This document shows, in pieces, positions 35,401 to 50,400 of a DNA stretch of 64,000 nucleotides; the stretch's first letter is position 1, and each line of letters begins with the position of its first letter. The notes below the pieces were generated by a model. The model saw only the letters and a list, made by a program, of their open reading frames with translations. It was not told where the DNA came from and ran no database searches. The stretch is from NCBI GenBank assembly GCA_041658185.1, contig JBBAAR010000002.1, positions 143-64,142 of the forward strand, written 5' to 3'. A program made the position numbers and the translations under genes. This DNA comes from Elusimicrobiota bacterium. Its GTDB lineage: Bacteria > Elusimicrobiota > UBA8919.

Positions 35401-38400
35401 CCGCACTTGATTTCCCGACGGGTACTTCGCCCGATTTAACAACAGCGTTATTAAAAGTTCAGGTCAGGATAAAGCACCAGACGGGACCTTACTGGAATCC
35501 GTCGCAATCAACTTACAACATTGATTATGCGACTGCCGCATGGTATGATGCGAATTATCTATCTCCGGATTGTACTTTCTGGATGGCGACAAAACCATCA
35601 TTCACAAATAATACGTCATACTTTATTGAAGCAATCGCATATGATAAAGCGGGCAATACGCCGATATATGTTTCAACGAGGACAATAAAGATAGATGAGC
35701 AACCGCCGACAAGTTATGTCAACACGCCGGGCAACCAGGTCATCAAAACAATAGTAAATAATCTTATTGAAGGAACATCTTCCGACGGTGAGACAGGCGT
35801 GGCAACCGTGAAGTTTTATCTGAGAAGGAACACCGACGACAAATACTACAAGAGTGATATAGACCCGGACTTCTCCGAGACGGGAGTTACATTTAATACG
35901 TTATCTCCGCCTTTGAATAATTGGACATTTAATATTCAGGTGGCGACATTTACATCCGGCACATCATATTGGGCGTACACTTCCGGACAGGATGACTCCG
36001 GCAATGTGGAATCAACGCCCGGAGCTGGAGCAAAAACCTTTGTGTGGGACATAACCCCGCCGACATCAACCGTGACAAATGCGAATGTATTGACTGGTTA
36101 TGCAAATTCATTAGCGACGCTCTCAGGAAGTGCGGAAGATGTAACGCCGACGACACCCGCAGGTGCTCAGAAATCGGACGGGATAAGCAATGTGCAGATA
36201 CAGGTATCGTCATATACAGGTACTGCGTGGTCTGTGATAACCGACTGGCCAACGGGTTCAACCAGCCAGGGCGTAAAAGCCGGGACACAAATATCCACAT
36301 TTACATTTTCTACATCGGCATCGCACCGTATTAGCGGAACCAAGTATCTGATAAAGACGAGGGCGAATGACAATGCACTGCCTGCCTCAGGCAACGCCGA
36401 AAACGGCGACATCAAAGCCGGCTACACGATTGTATATGATGAACTTCCGCCGTCTACCAGTATTTATATGCCGGTTAATACACAAAATTATGGGCCTTCA
36501 AAAGCACTTGTTACAATTTCCGGTTCTGCGTGGGATAATCCTGAAACAGGAGTTGGTGTTTTCAATACAGATGTTTCATCAGTTCAGGTTCGTATTAATG
36601 ACGGCGGCGGTGATAGCAGCTACTGGAACGGCGCCACCGCTTTTGATGGCGGTGAAAATTCGTGGTTCAATGCGAACTGGTATGTCGGTGCATCTTCTTA
36701 CAGTTATACATCGCCGAATTGGTCTGATGGAAAGCAATACACGGTAAATTCAAGAGGACTTGACCGCGCGGGAAATATTGCGATTGCTATTTCAACAAAT
36801 GTATTCCAGTATGATACACAAAAACCCACATCAACAATTTCTCTGCCATATGCACAATGGCATGATAATTTTTCAGTGAGCACCGGCACGGCGCAGGACC
36901 CTGACACCAGTTATGAATCGGATGTCAACAGCATACAAGTTGCAATCAAAAATCTTGATGTTGCCCCACCGAATAATTTCTGGAACGGGTTAAATAATTT
37001 TAATGCTAATGAGGCATCATCGTGGAGAGTGACAACAAAATCCGGCAGCAGTCCCATCTATAAATGGACTTATCCATCCGGTGATACGATGCCCGACTGG
37101 TTCAGTTATGACGGCGTAAGAATAGAATTCCGCTCACGCGCAATTGATAAATCAAACAACACCGAACTTTTCCGTGCGACAACTTTCTGGGTTGATGTTT
37201 CTTCGCCGACCGTTCTCAACTTGACGCCCGCTCAGGGAACCACAAGAATTTCTTCGCTTTTGACGATTTCAGGAACAGCAGTTGATTCACCGTCAACCGG
37301 AAAAGTGAACACGGTAAAAATCCGCATAAAGAGAGAAACACCTCTGGCATACTGGAATGGCAGTGCATTTAGTATTGATTTAACCGATCCGGAGCAGGCG
37401 TGGTTCACACCATCATTGACGCCCGATTGCACAATCTGGTGGTATGGTTTTGACCCGGCGAAATGGGAGGACGGAAAACTGTTTGAACTTAATTCAAAAT
37501 CAATAGATAAAACGGGGAAATACTCACTGACATTTTCAACAAGCAACTTTACGATTGATTATTCCTCGCCGACAAGTTTTGTCGGAATACCGTCAAACGG
37601 CAGTTTTGTAAAAACATTCTCGCAAATTTCCGGTTCCGCTTCCTCAAATGATATTGCAAATACATATATTTCCGTAAAAAATCTTTACAACAATCTATAC
37701 TGGGATGGTGCTAACGATTTCAATTCCGGACCTGTTGTCTGGCGTCCCAAATCAACACTGAATAACTGGCTTTCTTCCGCAACATGGAATTATACTGTTT
37801 TAACACAGGATAAACTAACTTCGGGCGTTTCTTACTATGTAATGAGTTTCTCGTCGGACACTTCTTCGCCGTCTTTAATTGAAACACCTTCTGCTGCAAG
37901 GGCATCACTGTTTGTGTTTGATTCTACGGAACCATTTACGGCGATTTTAACTCCGGACAGTGCATATCACAACTCGTCGTTAACGGCGATTTCCGGAACT
38001 GCCGAGGATTACCCCGCATTTTCCGGCGCAAGGATTTCAACGCCTTTGACGAATGTTGATATGTACATAGTCAGACACGGCTCTAATTCCTCAACGACAG
38101 AAAAATATTTCAACGAAACAAATTTTGTTGAAAACGGCGGTTTGCCTTACTGGATACCGGTTTCAACCGCCAACCAGCCCGCGTGGAATTATTCTGTAGG
38201 TACGGATTTTTGGACACCGTCGTCATCATATACAGTAAAAGTTAAAGCAACCGACCGTGCATCAAATGTCCAGGGGACACAGTTCTCTTATACAAGCAAA
38301 ACATTCTGGTATGACAATGTGCTTCCGACATCAACGGTGACGCTGCCACCGTCCGGCAATCCGCCTTATAAAACTCTTACGACAATTTCCGGCACCTGCG

Positions 38401-41400
38401 AGGATGAAGTGGCAACGGTGAGGACGATTTCAACGATGACCGTTCTTATTCAGGATGTCACACTCGGCAGCACATATTACAATGTTGTCGGCGTTGCGTG
38501 GGTTTCCGGAAGCGAGTATTGGGGCAATTACGCTTCAACAAACTCTGTTGGAACTCAATGGCAACTATCGGTTCCGGATTCCGCGTGGACAAATACTCAC
38601 CAATACAAAATAATAAGTAAAGCGAAAGACCGTGCAGGCAACTGGGAGACATCGTCAACAGAGAAGACATTCGTTTATGATGTAACCGCTCCGACATCGG
38701 TTGTCGTTGTTCCTGCAAAAAATACCGGTTACAAAACTTTACCAACAATTTCCGGGACAGCATCGGATGCTTACAATTTATCAGTCGTCAAATTGTCAAT
38801 AAAACAGAACGAACCGAACGGATATTATTATTCCACAGGGAGCAGTTCATTCACAGCTGCAACTGAAACATGGTTTGATGCGAAGACGTTAGACGGCTGG
38901 GCAACATGGTCTTCTACAAGGGCATCCGCAAATTCCTGGAACGATATTTTAGAAAGCGGAAAGTGGTATATTTTAAGGTCTTCTGCGACTGATATTGCAA
39001 CCAACTGGCAGACAATTTCATCTTCTAATGTGTTCACTTTTGATAATATTGCACCGCTTACGGCAGTTGTGACACCGGTTCAGTCATCAACTATTTCTGC
39101 CTTGGGGACTATTTCAGGCACGACTTTTGACGGCGCATCAGGACCATCAGCAGTAAAAATCTCTATCAAAGAAATAAATACTAATCGTTATTGGCAGGGC
39201 GGTGCATGGGGCGGCGCCGGCGGTAGTGAAGTGTATCTGGTTGCTTCAACCGGTGTAGTTGTCGGGAGTACCTTGACATGGACATATCCGGGCTTCATCG
39301 GCGGAACGACACCGGGATGGAATCCCGCAGGTGCTGACTATGATATGCATGTCTACGGTATTGATAATGCAGATAATCCTGAGATTGTTTCTTCAACCCG
39401 AACTTTCCATTTTGATGCACAATCACCGACGACACTTGTGACTTACCCGTTAATGAATGGAACATCATTCTTCCATAATTTGCCGACGATTTCGGGCACT
39501 GCATTAGATAACAAAGCCGGTATCGCTTCCGATGCAGTAAAAGTTGCAATTAAGAAATCCGGCGGGGATTGGTATGACGGCGCTGATTTTGTTTCACCAA
39601 CGCCGCAGTGGTGGGTTGCAACAGGCACATATCCATGGACTTATTCAATTGTAGATGCAAATTACGCGGATGCATCAACCTATATTGCATATTCATCCGC
39701 AACTGACAGGGCAACGCCTGCAAATTTACAGACAGCGGTTTCGTCCAGAACATTTACTATTGACCGTTCATCGCCGACCTCAACGGTTATTGCTCCGGCA
39801 AATGATTCAATTATAAACTCACTGACCTGGATTTCCGGAGATGTTACGGATACGGTCAGCGGTCCGAAAAATGATGGGACTGGGACAAAAGTGATGCTCA
39901 CATATCTATCAGGGGCAACAACAAATTACTGGACCGGCTCCGTTTGGACGACTACGGAATCAACGGCATCAACAACCGGAACGGAAACATGGCAGCTCGC
40001 CGCGCCGAATTTTGCGGGACTTTCACAGACGAGGTTCTATGTTAAATCCGTTACCGAGGATAATGTCGGACTGCGCCAAGAAACAAACAACACAAAGTCA
40101 TTCGTATATGATGTTACAGCACCGACATCCGCAGTTACACTTCCTGTCAATAATGAGTATTACGGTCCGTCCAAAACACTTCCGGCAATATCAGGCACAT
40201 CAAACGACCCGTATACCGTGACGGCGGCGTCAATTTCCATACAAAAATCTTATCAGAGCGGTTTACCTTTGCCAAATACGTTCTGGATGTTCTCATCTTC
40301 AAATTGGGGCGAGACGCAGGAATGGAAGATTTGCACGCAGTTAGTCGGCGGCAGTTGGGCAACATGGTATTTCAATGTTCCGGATGCCGCACCCAATTAT
40401 ATCTGGTCTAACGAGGGTGTTTATAAAATTTATGTAAAAGCAAAGGATACGGCCGGTAATGAAAGCAGCGGGTCTGCATTTTATGTTCAAAACATCAAAT
40501 ATGATACAACATTACCGGTTTCAAATATTTCTATTCCAAACAAACCATACTATGGACAGAATCTAACGACTATATCAGGCGGCGCCTCTGATAGCGGCGG
40601 TTCTTCACTTCAAAAAACGCAAATTCGTATAACATGGCCCGCCCAGGCAACCCCGCCGAGTCACGGTGGTGCGGAATATTGGAGTACTTCTCTCAACAAC
40701 TGGACATCTGATTCCGGCAGTTGGAACGATACCACTCCGCCTGCTGCGACATGGAAATATACTCAAATCTCAACTTCAAATTACACGGAAAATCATTATT
40801 TTGTGATTGAAAGCAGGGCGTTGGATAATTCAAATAATACACAAACCAGTATTTCTTCATATACATTTACTTTTGATATAACCCCGCCGGATTCGTTGCT
40901 TACAAAACCGAATCCATCTATAAGTAAATATAACGCCATCCCTACAATTTCAGGTACCACATCTGACAATTACTTAATGAAGACATCCACGCCGGTTGAG
41001 ATAAGTATAAAGGAAATATCAACATATGGTTACTGGGACAATACCGCAGGTAATTATATGGGCTTCTCCCCGAGGGTCTGGAATGTTGTTACTACGACGG
41101 CACCGTTCCAACTTACTATAAAAACAAACGGACCGTTTGGTACGCCATGGTTGAACACCGGAAGTTATGAAGTTGTTTCTAAAAGTTATGATATGGCCGA
41201 AAATGCCGAGGTGTCTTATTCAACTGCTACATTTATATATGACATTTCAGCACCGGATACTCTTGTTGTTATGCCGTCAACCGGAGCGGCTAAAACATAT
41301 CTGGCATTGCCGACCATTTCAGGAACCACCGGGAGTGATGCTGTTTCAGTCAGGATTGCCGTTCAGAACACAACGGACAAAAAATACTGGGACAATTTTG

Positions 41401-44400
41401 GCGACGGTTTATGGGTGGATGGCTATAAAGACAATCAGCATGCTGGTGTAATTGTTGCCAACACATGGAAGTTTTATAATCAGAACGGTTCTTTTAATGC
41501 TGATGATGATTGGCCTGCTTGGACAAGTAATACCTCATACTATGTCTGGGCTTATACGGTTGATGACGCTACCAATCAGGGTCCTGTGCTTTCAACCGCG
41601 ACATTTATGTTTGATAACACGGTTCCGCAGTCGGCAGTTGTGAAGCCGGCCCCATGGCCTTCTTACTACAAACAGGGTTCTATTACAACAATTTCAGGTA
41701 CTGCTTCCGACCAGACCAGCACAGTTGTTTCACCCGTAAAGTTTCAGATATTAGAAAACGACCCTGTCGGGAATACTTCATATTATTATTCCGGCGGCGC
41801 CGGTGGGTTCAATAATGCCGCGGAAACACCGCTGAATGCACCGTTTGTCGGCGCCTCTTCAGGAACCTGGAGTTATGACGATGTATTTCTTGGCGGTGCT
41901 TACCAATCCGGCAGATATTACAATGTCCGCTCATATGCGAAGGACTCAACCAATAACGAGCAGTCAACCAATACAATTACATGGAACAGATTTTTGTATG
42001 ACACCGCCAAGCCGACTTCAACTATTACAAAACCGCTTGCGGATACTGCCTGGCTGAAAACCGATATTGTTACGATTTCAGGCACTGCATCAGATAATGT
42101 AGAATCGCCGAAACATTATTCCGGTATCGCAGATAATACCAAAATAGAACTCTCAATACTTAAAGAGCCGAATTCTTATTGGTACAGATGGACCTCTTCC
42201 GGCACCTGGCAGACAGGTGTGAACTGGTTCAATTCAGCCAATTATGATGGTAGTAATCTATGGTATTATGTATTCCCGCAGCCGGACGGCTCCGATTTTG
42301 ACCCCGGCAAGTATTATCAAATCAAAACCAGAATAACCGACAGAGCCGATAATCTTTATAATACACAGACGGCAAACAGATTCCTGGTTCGCGCGGATGC
42401 CGCATACTTTGTGGTCTCACAGATAAATGTGCCTACTGCAGGCGGCTCATCCGACCTCAAAGTAGAAGTGTTTAATAGTGAAGGCGGTCTCGCGGTTGAC
42501 TATGATAAATGGATTGAGTTTTACACGCCGAACGGGCCCGAGGGTTCTGGACTACTACCGTCGACAACCAAATTCTTCGGCGTTTCGGAAGGCGGCGTGA
42601 AATGGATGTATGCTTCACAGGGCTGGGGTGTAACACTGCGTAAAGCTGCAAACAATACTGCTTTCAATCCGGGTACCAGAACCGTTTATGTCCGAGAAGT
42701 CGGCGCGCCGGGCATCAACAGTCAATCACCGCCGGCACCTACGGCATCACAAACCGGAATAGTCGTTAATCCGCTGCCTTGGACAAAATTGAGAGTGCTT
42801 GTGCCGTCTCAAACTCGTGACCCCGGTAATACTTCAACCAATGGTAGATCCGGAGGCATTGCGACACAGACAGCAGGGAATTCCTTCACAATTATTGCTG
42901 ATGCCTGTGACGACTACTGGAACCTTGTTGATACCGGTACTCCTGTTAATGTTGCTTTTGATGACGCAGACGACCCATATGCTATTGATGGCGAGGGCTT
43001 GTATCAAATCACCGCCGGCTCCGTCGTCGTTTCGGGATTAAAATTCCGTGTTGCCGGTAACAATAAAAACATAATTATCTCAACATATACTAAATCCGAT
43101 ACTTCCTCAAATATAGATGTCAATTATGACTCTGCCAATAAACTTTTAGTTCTTGCTCCCGGTGAGACGGCGCAGCCGGGGTCTTTATTAGGTAAAACCG
43201 GTGCCGTTGTTGCCCAGACCGCAGGTGCTCCATTTGATGTAACTGTAAATGCCTGCGATTTATACTGGAACAAAAACCTTGCTGCGTCTCACATTACTAC
43301 AATGACGACTACTGATGTTTATGATACCGAACCCTCAACACGCGCTTTGACGAACGGTTCTACAACATTTACGCTGACGCTTGTTACTGCCACAACTCAA
43401 TATATTTCCGCACTTGCTACCGGTCTTACTTCAAATACGACTTATGTTTATATCAAACCGAATCTTGCAACACGACTGCAACTGTTGGTTCCCGGCGAAA
43501 CGCTCGCACCCGGTAAACCTGGCGGAAAAAATCAGGTCTATCAAACATTTTCCGCTGGTGTGGATTATGTTGTTACAGTCAACCTTGTTGATAACTGGTA
43601 CAATATCCAGAAGGATACAGATATGCCGTCAGTCCGGGTTTATACACTTTCACCGACTGATGTTGACCAGACATATTCACTTATAAATGCTACAAGGACA
43701 TATACGATTAATTTCACAGCTGCCGGAAACAGGCAAATAGAAATAGATAATCAAACAGGATACCTCAATTATGATGCCAGTGCGTCTACTACGGTTGTGG
43801 TGATACCTGGTGTTGCCGACCGCCTGCGGCTGCTTATGCCGGGCGAGACAGCACAGGGCTATCCGGCAGTTACGGGAGGTAAGATTGGGAGTCCGTCGGA
43901 AAGAACAGCGGGTGTCAATTTTTCAGTAACAGTTCAGGCCTGCGATGTTCGCTGGAATACAACAACTTCCGGAGGCAACCAATCAATAAGGGTTACAGCA
44001 CATTCTTCCGACCAACCCTATACACCTAATATATGGACGGATAGTTTAGCATCTAACGGTGAGAAAATCATTTCCGGTATTTATGTGAGGAAAGCGACAC
44101 CGACTACTTTCTATGTTGAAGATATAGATATTACGGAGCCTGAGATGTCAACTCAGACGGTGTATAATGTTTCCGTCGTGCCAGACCCGACAGCCAACCA
44201 GTTGAAACTTCAACTTCTTGTTCCCGGTGAAACTGCAATGGCCGGCAAGAATACCTCCCCGCTTGGCAAAACAGGAACACCTTCTGAAAGAGTATCCGGT
44301 ACGCCTTTCACGGTAACGGTAAATCTTGTTGATGCTAACTGGAACAAATATAACGACGGTCTCACTGTCGGCGCAACTGTGCAGATAACAACGGATGACC

Positions 44401-47400
44401 CGTATGATACTCATCCGTCTTCAGCAGCGCTCAGTTTCGGGGTGAAGACATTTACCAATACTTTAATAAGGGCTGCGACATGTCTTATAACCGCGGCCGA
44501 TGTGGACGGTATCGGCGACCAGTACGAGCAGGATATATCGCCGCAGGTGACTACTGTCTCCGGCAATCCGGTTAAACTTCAAATTCTCGTTCCTGATGAA
44601 ACTCCTGTCCAGGGTTCCGGAAAGAGCGGGTTCGTCCAGAACCAGACGGCGGGAATTAACTATACTGTTACCGTAAGGGCATGCGATACTAACTGGAACC
44701 TTGTTACAACAACCGCACCTACCGTTTCGTTGATATCAAACGATAATTATGCCGAGATAGAAACGGCGCATGCATTAACACAGGGTGCGACTACATTTAC
44801 CGTTTCTTTAAGAGCGAATACCGCCGAAGTGGCGTCCAGAAGTTTGACGGCAACTTACGGCGGGTCTATGTCGCAGCAGCAGTCCGGCAACTTTATTGTT
44901 TATTCGTCCGCACCTGTAAAACTTCAGATTCTTGTGCCTGGTGTAACTGCTGTTGAAGGAGATGTCTCAAATAACGGGAGAACCGGCGACCCGGATGAAA
45001 TGACTGCAGGTATCAATTATACTGCAACAGTTAATCTGACCGACCCCTATTGGAATAAGGTAATTTCACTTGGCTCGGACACAACGGTCCAGATAACCGC
45101 CTCGGCGCCTTATTACAATCAGCCGGCAAGCAATTATCTTGAAGACGGAACACGGTTGTTCACGCTTGCGGTTCTTTCATCCGGAAGTTGGACGGCAACC
45201 TCGTCGGATGTTGACGGCGTTCCCCCGATTTATACTGCCGATACATCCGCATTAATACCGGTTATTTCTTCCGGTGCGGTCAAATTACAGGTGCTTCTGC
45301 CCGGTGAAACAGCAGTGCCCGGTAGCGGGAAAACGGGTACGCCGTCTAACAGGACCGCCGGGCTTCAATTCACGATAACGGTTAACGGCGTTGACCCGAA
45401 CTGGAATATAGACGGCGCCGCAGGGCATCTGGTTACGGTTGTAACTACCGATGAGTTTGATGCGAATCCAGGCGCCAATACTCTTTCATCAGGTCAGAGA
45501 ACGTTTGACATAGTAGGCGGGAATAAAACAGCGGGAACACTTGTTCATAAAGCAACTGCAACCGCCTCCGGACTTAATGCCGGGTATTCCTCCTATTGGA
45601 CAGTTGTTGCTTCCGCTTCGGTTCGTCTGCAACTTTTGATGCCGGGACAGACCGCAGTGCCGGGCTCTTCAGCGGGAAAAACAGGAACTCCTTCCGCTCA
45701 ATACTCAAATGTGCCGTTCAATGTTACCGTCAACGCAACCGACCTGTATTGGAATAACTCAATAACCGGCGATGGCGATACTGCCGTCCGGCTTACTTCA
45801 AATGATGAGTTTGTATCCTTGATAGATAATAATTTAGAAAACGGGACAACGAATTTCTGGGTAACATTAAAGAAATCAACGCCCACCGCGCAAATTACAG
45901 TAATTGATAATTCAGGCGGCGCTGTGAGAACCTCAACATCTGCGTTCTGCGTCGTCAATTCATCTAATGCCGTAAAACTTTTAATACTTATGCCGGGTGA
46001 AACATATCTGCCGGGTTCTACGACAACCGACGGCAAAACCGGTTCCATTTCAACACTTACCGCGGGAACTCAATTTCAGTTAACGGTTAAGGGCGTAGAT
46101 GTCAACTGGAACACGGTAAATATAGCCCAGCAAATTCGTGTAGAAACACCAACCGATATTTATGACACTAATAATATTGACCAGTGGCTGCAGACGGGAG
46201 GGCTATGGTCTGGAACGACTGTCTACTGGTGGACATTCAAAACGGCGTCCGCCGCTCATCAGATGAAGGCGCTGGATATAGACGGCGACAGCACGCTTTT
46301 AAGCACATATACTCAGACAGGAATAAACGTTACTGCCGCTCCTGCCGCACAACTTCAGATAATTTTGCCTGGTGAAACTGCGGTTGCGGGAGACACCGCG
46401 AATAACGGAAGGACCGGCTCGCCGTCCACTCTTACCGCCGGAAATCCGTTCACGGTTACGGCAAATGCTGTTGATAATAATTACAATATTTCAAGTTCCG
46501 CTCAGCAAATAAAAGTAACTTCTGACGATACAAACGCGCCCGGTCCCTGGACCAGAATTTTGCAAAGCGGAACCACCTATTTTTCGCTTACGCTCAATAC
46601 CAGCGGATATGTTACGCTCACGCTTGCCGACGATGAGTTAGGTACTTTGCCGAATTACCCGCAGGATGAGAGAAGTGCAGCGGTTATTTCCGGCGATGTC
46701 GGCAAACTGCTTGTGCTTATTCCAGGCGAAACGCACCAGCCCGGAAATACATCAGTTAATGGAAAAACCGGTACGCCCGGCAATCAGACGGCAGGCATAA
46801 CATTTATGGCGACCTGTTATGCAACGGACAACTGGTTCAATATAGTATCCACCAATCCCACGCTGCCCGTCCGTTTAACTACCGACGACCCGAACGATAC
46901 ACCGAGTTACATTGATTTAACTTTGACTGCCGGCACAACTTATTATCCCGTGAAATTGAGAACTGTAAATAATTCCACAGACGGTTCAATTTGGGTAATT
47001 ACCGTTGCGAAAACCGGGCTGGTTTCATCAACATCAACCGTGAAATTAGGACCCAACAGCGGTGATAACAAACTTCAGATTTTAATGCCGGGCGAAGTTG
47101 CGCAGCCGGGGACCCAGACCGGCAAGGACTCAACCGGACTGCAGACCCGCACCGCCGGTGTTTCATTCTCGCTGACCGTTAATGCGGTTGACAATCAATG
47201 GAACTGGGTTAAGTTCACCGACTGGCCGACCAATTCAAATCAGAAACAGGTTACCGGTGTTTCCGTTGTGACAACCGACCCATATGATGCAGACGATATA
47301 AATAACCAGGACATCACCAATCTCGGTCAGCGAACATTCTCACACGCATTTGTTACAGGTGGGAGTCCGGGAAAAACTTGGAAATCAACCGCAACCGCTT

Positions 47401-50400
47401 CGGGATATACATCCGATTCATCGCCTTGGGTAACTGTCGTCTCATCCGGCGCGACAAAACTTCTGGCGATTCTGCCCGGCGAGAGTTGGCTTGAAGGTTC
47501 TCCGACAGGTAAGACGGGAAACCCGACAGCAAGAACCGTTTATAATACATTCACAGTAACTGTCCGCTCGGTTGACCCGAACTTCAACTATGTAAATTCA
47601 TCAACACATACCGTGAAAGTTACGACAAATGATATTTTTGACAATGATATAGGAGAGTTGGCGCTTAATAACGGTGAAAAGAATTTTAACATTCAATTAT
47701 TTACGGCGCAGATGTCCTCAATCACCGCACAGACAGTCGGTGTCTATTATTCAACGCTTACGCTTTCAAACTATACCTCGCAGGAATTTTTATGCGTGTC
47801 ATCGGCTCCGGTGAAATTGCAGGTTATTGTTCCCGGCGAAACGGCTGTTCCAGGTTCATCAAGCGGATATACCGGCGAGGCATCCACAAGGACAGCGGGC
47901 GCACCTTTCGTAGCAACGGTTAATCTTGTTGACCTGAAATGGAATGTCACAACCACATATGCGCCGATTGTTTCTGTTGACACGGATGACATATACGATG
48001 CAGAACCCGGCAATTTGCAACTTACAAACGGCACGACATATTTTGTATTCACGCTGGTTAAGAAATCCACCGGGACAACAATTATCGCGTACGCTACCGG
48101 TTATTCTACCGGCACCTCACGGTTTGTGCCGGTAACTTATGGCAATCCGACGAAACTTATGGTTCTGGTGCCGGGCGAGACCGCTTTACAGGGTTCTCCT
48201 AACGGAAAAACTGGCACGCCTGCCAACCCGTTTGTTGTCAATTCAACATTTACGATAACGGTCAATGCCTGCGACCCGTATTGGAATATAGTAAAAGATA
48301 CAGATCCAGTTGTATCTTTAACTACAACTGATTTATTTGATGATGAAACATTATTACAGGGTGCGTTAGTTAAAGCCGACGGTTCAAGGACATTCAATAT
48401 CACATTCAAAACCGGAAATATGCAGGGATATAATTTGAGTTATGCGACGCAGACGATTTCCGTAAGTCCAAGCGGCTCTGTGCTTACTTCAACAATAACT
48501 CCTACTCTTACTGTCAATCCGGCGACACAGGACCGATTGCTCGTATCGGTTCCGGGAGAGACAATTATTTGCGGAACAACTACTGCAACCGGAAAAATCG
48601 GCTTACCCAATACACAAACGGCAGGTATCGGTTTCTGGATTACCGTCAACGGCTGTGACAACCAATGGAACAGACAGCCGAATACCGTAGCGACGGTAAA
48701 ACTTTACACGACCGACCCCAATGATAATTCTTACGAGCCGTCAGCGTTTAATTTGCCCAACGGAACGACAAATGTTTATATTACAATGGTAACTAACGGC
48801 GCGTGGAAGATTTGGGCTGAGGACCAGGACGGTACGGCTGTCGCCGTTTCAACTACTTCTGATATTACGATAGATGCCGGCGCTTTTGTTTCGCTGAACC
48901 TTTTAGTTCCGTCCCGAACACAGGTTACGGGTGTCGGTAATACCGGCACTGTCCAGCCGCAGACGGCCGGCGTGCCGTTTCAGGTAACTGTAAATGCCAG
49001 AGATTCCAATTACAATACAAAAACAACAATTACAGATACGGTCAACATTGTGACCGACGACCTATGGGATACTGAGCCGTCAAATGTCGCCCTTGTTTTA
49101 GGGACTACCTGTTTCTGGATTGATTTGCGGACAGCAAGAGTAAGTTCTGCCTGCGCCACCGACATTAGCGATTTCGGCAAAAACTCATCAACTGCGGCAA
49201 TAACCGTTTCTCCGAGAAATGTGACACCTGTATTTTTGCAACTTGTTATGCCTGGTGAAACCGCTGTTCCGGGAAAAGGCGAAGCGCAAGTTGGTTCACC
49301 TATTGGCGGAAAATCCGGGGCTCCTTCTCAAAGAACTGCCGGCTCTCCGTTCACTATAACATTAAATGCCTGTGACAGATACTGGAATAAATTTACATCT
49401 TATGAACCGGGGCTCGGTTCCGATTGGCCGGCCGTCGCAAAAATTGAAACGACCGACCAGTTTGATGCGGTGATTTCGTCAAAAGCACTGACAAACGGAA
49501 CCACTGTAGTAAGTTTAACATTCTTCACTGCCGGTGTGATTTACTCAACGGCAACTGACATAATATCTGGTGGACCTGAGTGGAATAGTTATAGTTCGTC
49601 GGTTGCGGTGGTTGCCAATTCCGGTTCAACAAAGAAAATGCACATTCTCTTGCCCGGTGAAACGCCGCTGCCCGGTTCATCAACCGGGAAAACTGGAACT
49701 GTGATAACGCAAACGGTTATGAACCAATTTACCGTCACCGCGCGGGCGACCGACGAGTGGTGGAACATTTTAACCGGTGATCCTCAGGCATCGGTTACTG
49801 TTACAACTCCAAATGACCCATATGCCACCAGTTCACAAAATAGTACACTTGTAGCAGGGTTAAAAACATTTACAATTTCGCCGACTGGTCCGTGTTTTGC
49901 GATTTCAACATATACGGTTATGGCGGACGCCGGCGCTCAATATACTACATATACGACGGCTAATTTTGACGTTGTTCCAAATACTACTACGGCAAAATTG
50001 CAGGTGCTTGTTCCGGGTGAGACCGCTCTTCCCGGTTCGTCAAACGGTAAAACCGGCTTGGTTACAAACAGAACCGCCGGCACGCAATTTTTCGTTACCG
50101 TCAATCTTGTTGACTCCAGATTTAACAGAATAACCGGAACTCTCCCGCAGCCGGCAGTTGTAATTTATACCACCGATTTATATGATACCCAGCAGGGATA
50201 TACATCGCTTACGAATTATACGAAACCCGACTTCCCGGTTATGTTTGTTACAGCAGGAAGTGCCCAACTTTGCGCTTCAACAACCGATTATTATTTCCAG
50301 AATTATCATTTTGAAGCATCAACCTCTCCGACACTCACCGTTGATGTAGGTGCGGCGGCTCGTCTGCAGGTCATAGCCCCCGGCGAAACGGCTGTCCCCG

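Larger units (their letters stand above)
9900..42420 (+). repeat. Array of about 85-100 tandem ~125-aa bacterial Ig-like (BIg; Big_3_5/He_PIG-like extender) modules
   Basis: A signature recurs every ~330-400 nt. It reads [FWY]-x-[YF]-D-x-[TS]-x-P-x-[ST]-x-[IV]...L-x-T-I-S-G-T-[AS]-x-D...V-x-[VI]-x-I...Y-W-x-G...W...W-x-Y...[YW]-x-[VI]-x-x-x-A-x-D-x-A-G-N, for example ...AKDSAGNWQ..., ...ATDQADNIE... and ...AMDKAGNIN... Confidence 0.8.
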
